Shown: positions 1 to 12,900 of the stretch, in pieces
Position numbering within the stretch: the stretch's first letter is position 1
Layout: every line of letters begins with the position of its first letter
Source of the DNA: Tubiluchus corallicola
Taxonomy: Eukaryota; Animalia; Priapulida
Assembly: GCA_030141605.1 (NCBI GenBank)
Contig: JAQGDQ010000606.1
Location: 1-64,000, forward strand
Reading direction: 5' to 3'
DNA: 64,000 nt
Translations under genes and position numbers: made by a program
Notes under the pieces: generated by a model
Told to the model about the DNA's origin: nothing
What the model saw: only the letters and a program-made list of their open reading frames with translations
Database searches by the model: none

Positions 1-777
1 TGCCTAAGGATAAGGGCACTCTTAGAATTGGAAATAATATAAGCCATAAAGTGACTGAGACCAGAGTAAACTTCTAACCGAGTAAGATGTGAAGTTCTAA
101 TTTTATAACATTATAATTGTGTAGATTTAGTTGACATAAACGTTGGCAATGTGATAAGGCTTGCACTAAAAACACTATCCCGATGGCTTTTTTCTGGAAA
201 AAATATCTTTTACATAATGCAGGTTTCAAATCGAACTGCCATGATATTCCAGAATTGGGCAAACTTTAAATTTGTGAAGCCTAATTATAATACCAGTGTG
301 CCATCCTTTCACCAGTCTTGCAACTTGAAAGGAGAGATATTTACTGTATGTCTTCATATTTTTCATCTTGTTTTCATCCATTTACAGCAGTTTTTATTAG
401 GTCTTGCAGCCCTAAAACATTTATTATAATTTTATTCTCCTGTACTAATGTAAACTTCATTGTATTGCTGTTTTTCTAATTATTATTATTATCATGACAT
501 ACAATAAATATTCTTGCTTCTAATAATATTGTTCTTCATAATTTATTATTCATTGCTGTAGCAATGCTGATGACCTTACAGCAGTTAGTCTGATGAACTG
601 CACAATTAGTTAATAATAATTATTAAATACTATAATTATAGCCAAACTGTTGAACTGTTGAACAACACAACTTCAGTTGAGCCTGAGTGTGAGCCAAAGA
701 TTTTTGTATAGTATTCACTATGCGTTACGAGCCTTTGACGCTTTGGCGCTTTCGTCATTCTACCACTCATTTTCAAG

Positions 778-906
778 ATGGCAACGTCGTCAGAAGCTAA
801 AATAAATTTGGCAGCGTTGCAAAGGTGTGATCCTTACATTACTGAGATAGTAGATACTGCAACACAGGTGGCACTTTACACATTCAGTTCTGCTGGTGTT
901 GAATGG
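778..906 (+). CDS. DCP1: DCP1 exon 1
   Basis: ATG in CAAGATGGC context; ends TGG|GTAAGT, phase 0. Confidence 0.95.
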
Positions 907-3900
907 GTAAGTGACGAAAGTTTTAATGAAATAACAAATTAGCCTTCATTAAATTTATTGAGAAAAACGTGTATCTATCCTTTATGTAGCTGTATTAATG
1001 TGTAATTTCCGCCATATGTTTTGATGGCTGTCGTTCTCATATTACATAATAAGCGTATAAATTCAGGAGCTGAAATATTTGCACAAATTATTGATCGCTT
1101 GTTATTTCTACTGACTCTAGTCTTTTATATCTATTGTCTTGACTCTAATGTGACACAGTTTAAAAAAATCTGGTAGTTGCATGTTTTAATACCTACCATC
1201 TCTACAGCACAGATTATAACTCACCCTCATAACATATCGTCATATTTAAATATCAGTGTTAGCAGACAAAAACAGTGAGACCTATATTCAGTGTTTTACT
1301 GATTGTTTTGTTTGAGTGTGTGCTGACAGTTCTCCATTTCTGTAATGCTAGTTCATTCAGGTAGCTCTTACTTAGTTTAAGTGGTTCTCAATTTCTCATG
1401 GACTAATACACCAAATGCATAGAGTATTCACCATTATTAAGTTTAGGGTTTTTTCAAGGAATATTTTGGAAGTTTGTTAACCCGTTCAGTCCCAAATTAT
1501 TTTTTTAATAAGAAAAATTTTTTTGGTTTTTTGTACTTTTCTTCAGTATGTCCATCTTGTTTACATAATAATAATTTTTTTTCTACCTGTGCCCATGTGC
1601 TAAATATAGTCTGTATCCCACGGGATACATTGGGGTTGCTAAGCATGATAAAGTACTGTACCTTGCGCAGTTTTTTATGCTATGTAGATTTTCTAGTTTG
1701 CCATTTTATCACCATTTTTAGTCTATTGTTATTGGCTTAAACCAAAATAACTATTAACAGATCAAATAACTGTCAGTCTTAAAATTTTATTAATTTTAAA
1801 GGCAGAAAATATTCTCGTATCCCGCAGGTATGAAAGGGTTAATGTGTAGACTATATAATTTCATCATATATTGCATGATGAAATTATTATTTTAATAAAA
1901 TTTCATTTTTTGATCTTTTTTCTCTTCTTTTATAACTCTGACGTATGGGATAGTCGTCAACGCCACCTACTAGTTGTTACTAAATGTAGCATTTAAACGT
2001 TTGTGCTGAAATTGTGCGCCTGTAAATAGTTTTCTTTGTTTGTAGGAAAAGACCGATGTCGAAGGGACATTATTCGTCTATTCTAGGTAAAGTGCTTACC
2101 AGGTTTCTTAACTATATGGCTTAAACCTGTTTTTGTTCTCGAAGATCAGCGCTAATTGTGATGTAAATCAAAGTTGGCTTAAATGTTGCTCCTCTGCAAG
2201 TGATTGAAAGATTGTCTTTTTATAAGTTTTTTTGGGTTCTTAGTTCGTGTGTATTTAGCATAACGTTATTGTAGTTATTTAGCGTAATTTATTAAACCAG
2301 GGGTGTGCAAATTATCTGACTAGCCGGGCCACGTTAAACATTCCTGCAATTCCTGCGGGCCACAGGCAGTTTGATCAAGGAGCCAAGTACAGTAGCACCT
2401 AATAATGATTTTTTTGCATCCGATTTGCGCACATCATCACTACTGCACTACTACACTCAAGAAACTATTTTAGAAGTTATTAAAATTTATATTAAAAACC
2501 ATATATTTCGTCATGTCTGACAGTGACATTAAGTGACAACGGTTTTGTAAGGGTTAATGGCATCCGATCTAGAGGAAAAAACTACCCGCACTATCTTTGC
2601 GATATTGGCGCAGACTTCAGCTGGATCGCCTGGGCCGCACTTTCATTACGTTGACAAACCTCTTCGCGGGCCGCACAAGATCTCTCGGCGGGCCGCAAGT
2701 GGCCTGCGGGCCGCAGTTTGCACACCCCTGTATTAAACTGTGTTTAAAGGAGTGCCAATCTTAGTGGGAATTTGGGAAGTAATGCTTATAATTAGTGTTG
2801 CCCGAAATTATATTATCTGACGTATCAGATTCCCCTAATAATCCCACATATATTGAATTGCCGATATTTGCTTGTACGTCGGCTGATCAAAGTTTCATAA
2901 GTTACAGTTCTCGGCTGGTTTGCACATATCCGAGAGTGTACTTAAGGTTATCACCTCGTTACAAACCGAAATCAGGAGTTAAGAGCTGGCTAGGGGGCTG
3001 GGGCCGCCTGAGATAGGAAGCCAACAGGTGAGATATAGCCTAGGAAGCCAACAGGTGAGATATAGCTTAGGAAGCCAACAGGTGAGATATAGCCTAGGAA
3101 GTCATCAGGTGAGATGTAGTCTAGGAAGCCAACAGGTGAGATATAGCCTAGAAAGCCACCAGGTGAGATATAGCCTAGGAAGCCAACAGGTGAGATATAG
3201 CCTAGGAAGCCAACAGGTGAGATATAGCCTAGGAAGCCAACAGGTGAGATATAGCCTAGGAAGCCAACAGGCGAGATATAGCCTAGGAAGCCAACAGGCG
3301 AGATATAGCCTAGGAGGCCAACAGGTGAGATATAGCCTAGGAAGCCAACAGGCGAGATATAGCCTAGGAAGCCAACAGGCGAGATATAGCCTGGGAAGCC
3401 AACACATTTCCTGTATTTTAGCTGGTATATGAGGCCTTTTTCACAAATAAAAATTGAGGAATTTAAATCACAAAGTTGAAAAGAAACTTTGAATTTAGAC
3501 TCTAAAAATCGAAAAGTTATAAAAGTGCAAGCAGTACATCTATATTTGGAGTTCTTTCCCGGTCACAATAAATTTCTTATGCTTTTGAGATTTCTGGACT
3601 GGAAGAATACACGTTTGCAATTGCACATGCCAGTGCATTTTGTTTTGCCAAAAAATATAGGCGTTAAACGAGGTTGGCATTATAAAGAGGTATTATATCG
3701 AGGTTTGGCTGTATAGTAGGAAAATTTTATAATAGTTTATACTAACTTATAATACTGTTCCGGGGTTCGACCCGGTAGATAACCTTACGGCCCGCCATCG
3801 GTGATGCGGGTAAGCACTGCATAACGGACACTCCAGAAATTTAAACAAAAGAAACAACAAAACCAAAACTTAGAATTCAAAAATGACGACAGAGAAGAAC

Positions 3901-6900
3901 AACACAATAGAAAAAAAACAAAATCTGATGACAATGATTCAAACCTTACGGAATCCACGACACTTGGCAGGCAGACAGGAGAAGTGCATTCCACGACAAC
4001 CAGAAGACAACTGACGATGTCACGTGTTCGTTCTTTTCCACAGGAAACCACTGCTCAACCAATCGCAGGTAATGTGATGGGCTTCCTAGTTTAAAGTGGA
4101 GGTCATAACATTACCTGTAGGTTGGCTGACCTGGTGCCTATGAATAGAACTGTATAATGCACTCTTCCCTGTTCAGCTCAATACTATAAATTTAGTTTAA
4201 TAACTTTTATTGTATTAATTGTGAATTCCATTATAAATACACAGCAAAAAAGTACAAAACAAATAGAAACTAATGGAAAAACTGAAGTACAAGAAATGAT
4301 ATTGTATATTGTATGCAATGCAGTTATGGATACAATATTGTTTTTTGTATATTGATTTATTGTTTTTATTTTTTTTTTACCTGATTTTATGTTGTAGTTT
4401 CATTAGTTTGGAAACCTTGCCCGATTCTTACCTGTTTGTAATCCTGTAAATAGAGATAATCAACTGACATAACTTTGGCTTCATTTTAGATCTGCCACAC
4501 CAAACAATGGCTTCATGATAATGAACAGGCTGAGTACAGAAAACATGATCGAACCAATCACAAAAGATCTGGAATTCCAACTCCAGGATCCCTTTTTGTT
4601 GTACAGAAATGCGTCGTGTGAGTTTCGGGATTTTTTTGTCACCTCTCAAGGGAAAATCGGACGATTGATTACAATTTTAATTTACTGTCCTAAATATACA
4701 TTTTTTGTCTATAAAAGTTAGCAATTATTTGTTATATTTGAATAATTAGCTTGAAAAGCCGAGCACATATATCCCTGACATCACAAACTAACCCAGTTTG
4801 TACAATGGTAGGCATCTTTCCTGGCATCAAGCGCATTTGCGTAAGCGAAGATTGCTATAAGATGCTGATGTAATGTCATGAGAATGGTTATTATTATTTT
4901 TTCTAAATTTTGGGGACAGAGGGGGACACTCTAGGAACCGTAAGCAAAAGGCTATCTTTTTGATCTAAGACTAAATCAGTTTGAATTTTGTTGGACGAAT
5001 CATGTCACAAATGAGGTTCGTCACCATGAAGGGCATTAAAGGAAAACCGGACGGTTGTTTGGACTCATTTTAATTTACTGTCCAAAATATACATTTTGTT
5101 GTCTATAAAAGTTAGCAGTTGCTCTTATATTTGAATAATTAGCTTAGAAAGTTAATTAATGGCAACAAAACACAGCTATTGCTTACGTCACAAACTAACC
5201 TGAGTTTGTGCAATGGCACGCATCTTCCCTTGCGCGTCAAGCACGTTTGCGTAAGTATTACAGTACTGTTTAAACGCATGATGTCACGAAAAACGGGCTC
5301 TATGCCATATGACGTCAGAAACTAACGCTGCAGTTCATGATCATGGTTATCACTGCACCGCTTTCTATCTGTCGGCCATGCGAATGTGACAAAAACGCCG
5401 TTGCCATTCTTAACGGATTCACTGAGTCGCGCGTAACTTTGAAAGTTTAACAAAACTTGAGTATCCGAGGTAATTATTATTTAATCTAAGCTTTGATTTA
5501 AAATAAGCTATTGTAGTTTGCAATAATTTAGAGCATACAGCACTCCCTCGCTACTTCGCAGTTCGTTTATCGCGGACTCACTGTTTCGCGGGTTTTTGCG
5601 GTACTCTGTCTAAAGTATTTTTGCACGTGCATAGTACGAATTGTGTATCTGATGAATTTTGCATAAAAAAGGGCTAAGGGTTAGCTATAAGAGTGTGGGG
5701 AGGGTTTATAAAGAGTTAAAATAATGTATAACTACTAAAATAAGTTTAGCATCCCTACTTCGCGGAAATTAACTTATCGCGGGTGGGCCTGGAACGGAAC
5801 ACCCGCGATAAGTGAGGGAACACTGCATATATATATAAATATTAAAGCTCTTTCACAATAATTGATTAAGTTTGATTTACCACTAGACCGTGTTTGCTCT
5901 CAAACAAACTAGGCAAAAATAAATATCAGCTATTAACATACTTTGTGTTGATCTAATGTTTACACAATCATCCGGTTTTCCTTTTATGTGCATCATTTTG
6001 ATCATTATCATCTTAGGAACATGGTAACTTTGTGGAATGATTGACCAACATCACAGATAAACAAAGTTTTTCCTTTAACATTTTATACCACTCTTTTACG
6101 CTTTATAAGCCATGTTACACTGAATTTTCACAAGTTAAATAATGAGTAACTAGTTTAATTAAATTAAAGAAATTTTTAGTCATCAAAAATAGCTGTTTCT
6201 TTGTTCAAATTATTTGTTGTTTGTTTCAGCTTTTAAATTTATATACTGCGTTGCTGACTGGTTTAGCGGTCTTAATCAAAGTGCGTATCAAACGAAGATT
6301 TAAAAATCAGTTATCTAAAATTAGAGTTATTATTAGTAACAATATTACGATAAGATGTTACCGAAATGAGGTGCTGATATACCCAACGAAGAAGCTGTAA
6401 ACTGATTGCATCAGCCCGCCGAGAGAATTTGTGACTGTGAATGACAGAACTTTTCAAACATTCACAATCATAATCTGAGTAATGATAATGTTAATTGTCA
6501 GCTAATTTGAAAAAGCTGATTACAATATGGTTCACACCGACATTTTCTATTTGAAAAAGCTGATTACAATATGGTTCACACCGACATTTTCTATTTGAAA
6601 AAGCAGATTACAATATGGTTCACACCGACATTTTCTATTTGAAAAAGCTGATTACAATATGGTTCACACCGACATTTTCTATTTGAAAAAGCTGATTACA
6701 ATATGGTTCACACCGACATTTTCTATTTGAAAAAGCTGATTACAATATGGTTCACACCGACATTTTCTATTTCCACTTCCTTCATCTTGGTCTTGTCTGC
6801 TAAATATTTTTTTCTTTTTCGTTTGACAAGTCCTAGTTTATTTCTGCACGATGCATTTACTCTGATGTTTTTAGACTTTAGTTTACAACATGGCGGCCGC

Positions 6901-9900
6901 TACAGACCGAAACGGTTTTGCAGCGTAACGTAATTTCGATCAGTAACTCTTTTCACGGTTTCGTTGTGAGCACGTGCAGTTGCTGGTTAAGGTCAAAGGT
7001 TAAGTGTACTCCAGCAATGCTTGTTAACTACAACCGTCATGTGACATGTGGGTAAAGCAAAGCTGTTTCCCTCATCAGCTCAGTAACTTCAGTTGTTTTA
7101 CGTGGACTTTACTTACCGTCATGCGACATGTGTGTAAATCAAAGCCGTCTCCCTCATCAGCTCAGCAACTTCAGTTGTTTTACATGTGATTTTACTTAAT
7201 TATGCATAAGTCTGTGTGTAGAGTGATTTACTAGCAGGATCTTGCTTGGGAACACAAAATGAACTAGATGAGGTTCTAGCTAGCTGTTAAAACTTCTACT
7301 ATTATGATGGCGTGGACTACGAGGTGTTGTCAAAATGTACACAAGTGCGATGTCTGGTGCACTTAATCTTTGACCTTTTCATGATCACCATGAATCGTCA
7401 TTGTCTTATTTACAATTTCTGATTTTCAGCAAGTATTTATGGAATATGGTTTTACGACAAAGACGAGTGTGCACGCATTGGTCAGTTAGTCAATGGGTGA
7501 GTACCGCTTCTATAGAATTTGGTTGACTTTCCTACATATTATAAGTGTGTTGATCTTATGTCAGCTCACTAGCTTTAAGCATGTTTCCACTAACAATGTT
7601 TAGTGTATTTTTCCTGTACACTGACTCCAACCGCTATGCTTTCATACTGTGCTTGCATATATTTACATATTTAATCATGACCTTCGGATGTCTTTATGCA
7701 CATCTAACTGTACAGACTGGTCACCTGACCTGTCGTAGAACACATTGCAAATCCGACGTTATATACATGTATTGCAGTAGCGATGTATTTGATGATTCTG
7801 TAAAGTTCATTCATAACATCCTGTAAATTGTTAAATCGTATGGATAACATAACGACGACTTTGGTGACGTGAGCAACAACGACAACGACAATGGCGACAA
7901 CGACAGCAACGACATTTTACAGCCATGATGACGGCAGCAAGCGCATTTTCTGATAGATGTGGTGGTATCTTATACAGGTTGACGCAGCTGGCATCCGTCA
8001 GTCACGAAGAACGAAAGACGAAGCTCTCCCAGACGATGCGGAATCGTCGAGCGTCGGAAAGCGACAAGCTCGTTAAGCCCCAGCGAAGCATCGATATTCT
8101 AGAGATGCTCTCCAGAGCGCAGCACGAGTACGACAAGGTGACTAAATTAAGTATTAAATATATCGTCCTTTCACTGCTGTAATTTTATAGAAATAATTAT
8201 CGAGTTTTATCAACAGTCACTGCTTTTACTTACACTCTTTGAATTTACCTACTACCCCCTCGTGTAATAGGTACTGAGGTACTGCAGCACCCCCTGTTTT
8301 CACTCATTATTATCGAGAATATTCAATATAAGTCTTTTTTCTTTAGTTTTTTTTTACTTGTGCACAACCGGAGTGCGTGACTGTAGTACTGTTTGCTTCA
8401 CAGCCCAAGCAACGTGACGTTTGGCTGTTGTGCGCATGCGGTCATGCGCATATGTCTGAGATAACACACTGTACGCTATACATCGTCTGTTGCTAAGTAG
8501 AAAAGTACTGTCTCCTACACAGTAACAATTGCCACGTGCTTACCGTGTAACATCATATTCTTGGATGTGATAAAGTGTAAACTTAGCCTGTGTGCTTAAA
8601 ACATAAAGTATTTAATAATGGACGTGTATATATTATATACGTATATAAAAAACCACTAGAACTTCTGTAACCTAATTCCCTGCCAGTGGTGGCTCGTGTA
8701 TAGGTACCGTGGTACTGCAGCACCCCCTGTTTTCATTCATTATTATCGATAATATTCAATATAAGTCTTTTTTTCTTTAGTTCTTTCTTTATACTTGTGC
8801 GGTACTGGAGCATGTGAGGGTAGTACAATTTGCTTCACAGCCCCGAGCAGCGGTTCGTTTGGCTGCTGTACGCATGTGACTATGCACACATGTCTGAGAT
8901 AACACGCTGTACTTTAGGTAGAAGAGTACTGTCGCTCACTGCAGTACGTGTTGTCAGTTGTCACGTGCTTAAAAGCCTCGTATTGGCATATTCTTGAACT
9001 GTGACAATTTAGAGTATTCTTAGGAAAACAATCTTTTTGGTCAGGATTTTATCAAGTTTATGTACAAATTTGTTTCTTTGCTTGTTTAAAACTGCAACAT
9101 TAAAATGAGATGTGTTTGTTTCATTTTACACAGTATTAAAACAATGGCTAAACAAATTAAAAAATGCAGCATCCCCACTAGTTTTAGCTATGAGCCGTCA
9201 CTGAGCTAACCTGTGTGTGGAAGTTGGAATTGTACATTATAACTAGGTGCTGCCATCTATGGGCTAATCCTGTTACATTCTACCAGCTGACTTACCCCAA
9301 GTATAATTGTTATTGCATATTCACTGGTTCTCTCCCTATTTTAAAGTAATGGTTGTTGTGAAACCTTTGCAAGTCTGCATAGGACACCTATACCTATGTA
9401 TACTGACTGGTTTTGCTTTCTAGTCACTCTCACTCTCAGTGCAGTGCAGCAGTCATGCTACTCATGTTTCTGTAGTTTTAATAAACACTTTTCTATTGTG
9501 TGCAGTGCAAATATGTATTATAGATTTTATTCTTGTTCATACTTCTGTGCCTAAACTCAATCATAACAAAGTGAGTGATCGACAACTTCAAACATGACTT
9601 TCACACTATGCATAAACTGGATCAATATCAGCCCATGCTCATACTGGTGTCCACTGTTTACACCTTGACTTGCATATTGTGCAATAAACATGCAGTATTT
9701 TGCTCTCACTTAGACGTGTTGTCATTTATTTCAAATGCATTTTATTTCTTGTAGTCTCAGGGTTCGGCTGGTGACAATGGATCTCTCGGTTTGCATCGAA
9801 TTGGAGAGGCGCCGGAAACTAACCCTTTCATGAGCTCCATAGTCAAACCGCAGGCGGTCAAAGCGGAATCCCCCTCTCGGAGGCAGCCGGCGGCTCCGGT

Positions 9901-12900
9901 TGCAACCTCCACTTCTCTCCCCACCATTTCCGACGGATCGCTGAGCATCAGCGAATTGTTCGCCAGCGCCAGCAAGCAGGCGCACTTACACACGACGAAT
10001 GGAGCGAGGCGTGCTGCTCCGCATTCCGTGCCGGTCGGCTCCGGGACAGAGACCATGCCTCCCCTCCTCAGGCGGCTATTGTCAGAACCATCGGTATCAT
10101 CACAGCAGGTACGTAATTTGAAATAAATGCCGGACTGGTGCTGGCATTTTGCCAAAGAATTCTATTTCCTTTTGCATTATGTTATGGCTAGCACGCTAAA
10201 ACGTTCGTGATGACACAAAATCTTCGCATGATAACAAAAGTTAGCAATTGCTTTTTAAGGTGAAAATTTAAAATCTTTTAGAATTAAAGGAAAACAGGCC
10301 GATTTTTCATATACTACCCTTTTTCAACTAAAGTAGAAACTACACATTTCAACATCAATAATGCTGCAACAATTCTGATAATGAAATAATAGATTAAAAT
10401 CTGAATTAACGGCGGGCGAGTCCAACTTGTGATGACATCACAAACTAACATAATCTTCAACATCAAAAACATACCATGAGTGTGTTGCGCATTTGTGCAA
10501 AAGTGAAAATTGAAATCTGTGCTGTTGTAAGATATTTAATGTGTTGTAATAAAACTCGGCAAATTTTAAGATAAAATTTCAAATTTATCCCTGTTCTCAC
10601 GCATGAGCTGTCGAACTTTTGCAGTTCGTCAGAAACTAACACCTCTGAAATGAGAGGTACAGCACCTGTTTTTTGTGCATATCTTTCCGAAATGCATGCG
10701 GTAGTGCCCATCTAACTAGCGAATGGCAAAATGCATGTAACGCCGATGAGTGGCCTGAATGCGAAATTGCGTTTGTGTGGTAATGAATCTTTCACGTAAG
10801 GCACTCTTTCAAAAATAGTATGTTTCCTTTTAATATTTTAAAGAGTAGATTGTTTTGGCCTACAGTTTAAAATTGGGTCCTTTTTTGCTTTAACATTTAT
10901 AAACATAACGTGTGCTTCCCTTATGCTGGAGTAGTAATGTCTGTGTTAGATTGAGTGTCCAATTATTCAACACAGTGCCTCCAAGATTTTGCTTGAATTT
11001 TCGCGGTCGAAATTTTAACTAGCACAGGGGTGTGCAAATTGCTGCCCGCGAAGAGATTCGTCAACCTAATGAAAGTGCGGCCCGTGCGATTAATTGAGTG
11101 TATCCAGCTGAAGTCCGTGCCACGATCCCAAAGATAGTGCGGGTAGTTTTTTCTACTAGATCAGATGCCATTAACCCTTACAAGACGGTTGTAGCTTAAC
11201 GTCACTGTACTACACAGACTGTGTGATACACATTACTAATATGCATTGTAATGAAATTACCACTATCTGTCCTGAAAGTAGAAATATATGGTTTGTAATA
11301 TAAATTTTAATAACTTCTAAAATAGTTTCTTGAGTGTAGTAGTAATTATGTACGCAGGTCGGATGCAAAAAAATCATTATTAGGCCTTTCTGTACTTGGC
11401 TCCTTGATCAGACTGCCTGTGGCCCACAGGAATTGCGGGAAAGTTTAATGTGGCCCGGCTAGTCAGATAATTTGCGCACCCCTGTTCTAGAACATCAAAT
11501 GTTTCCAATTGATGTTATTGTTTTTTATGTAGCCATTAGAGGAACCGAAGCCAGCTCTGCCCGACCTCTCTCCAGTTAGTCCAGTTCAGCAGGCACCTCC
11601 GCACCAAGTGCCCTCGACGGCTCCGGACGTGTCCACCGTGGAACAAGATTTAAAGGAACGACTGTACCTAAGCGAAGATGTTGCCCAGGGTAACCACGAA
11701 CTCCTAGACCCGTCTGTGTTTGAGTCAGGCGGACGTTTATTACAGAACAATGACGACGGTCATAGTCTGACACACGTAGGTTGCTTATTATTAATGGTTA
11801 TTTTGCTGTTTACATTTTCATACTTTTGCATCGTGTCTCTGCTGAACTTCTTTCTAATTCATTTCTTTTCTATTTTTTCTCTATCTCTGTCTATTATTTT
11901 ATCTTAACTACTCCCTGTTTTTCTATAATTCTCTCTCTTGTAAATTAAGTTGGTTTTTTTTCACTTTTCATGGTGGTCTTACAAGCTTTGCTTCTTGACC
12001 ACCATGCAGCATCAATTTCTTGTTGACAAACTATTATGTAGTTTAGTAACTATGTTAGTATACTTCTGGTAAATTTTTGTAGTTATATTTGGAATTCTTT
12101 CCCTAACTATATCATGCTATAGTATACTAATGTAGTTCTGTTACAATTATTGTAACTATATTCATTTTCTAGTTATAGGGCATAATAGTTAAAGATAATA
12201 ATGCAAATTGTAATGTAAAAATACATGCTGAAGTGATAATAAATTACAAATTACAATTACAATGGTAGACGTGGCAGTTCTGTCAAAGTGTCTAAATTTA
12301 GTTATGAAGTGAGGCTGGGTTTTTTTTACATTTTAATCATTGAATCTGCAAGCCATAAGTGAGACCAGAGTTTTGCACATTATCAAGGATAATGCTTTAA
12401 ACAGGGATGAGAATTTTCCGCGGATACGCAGATTTCCGAGTTTTTGGAAGACCAGTAGTGCCATTTTTGTAAATCTCGTGAATTCATTGAGAACATTTTT
12501 ACGGACCCAATACATTATTTCGCAAGCTGACCGCCAGGTGGCGGCCATCACTTTGTTTACATCACGTACATCAGTGTAACCACGTGTATTTCTCTATGTA
12601 TAAAAATATAGAATCAATTGTGCGGAGTTATTTGAGTCAATTGCAGACAGTTTTTATATACTTTTGCATAGGAGTGGCCAGTACTTAGACGTTTTTGAGA
12701 CAATTAGGTATCATGTATCCTTGATAGTTGGGTATTTTAAATTATGCATGAAACAAGGTAACTGATATTGTAAGTCTACTTAGAGGCTCTCTATGGTCAC
12801 AAAATTGCAATTTGTTACTGGCTTCAAGGGGCCCCCAAACCCCCGGCCAGTTTCAGAGTTTTTTGCAATTTGTCATTCTCATCCCTGTTTAAAATGACAC

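Noticed and set aside
9210-9700. Possible LTR or intronic polyadenylation region (two AATAAA, GCCATCT motif)
   Set aside because: No clear termini or TSD; the motifs are expected by chance in AT-rich introns.
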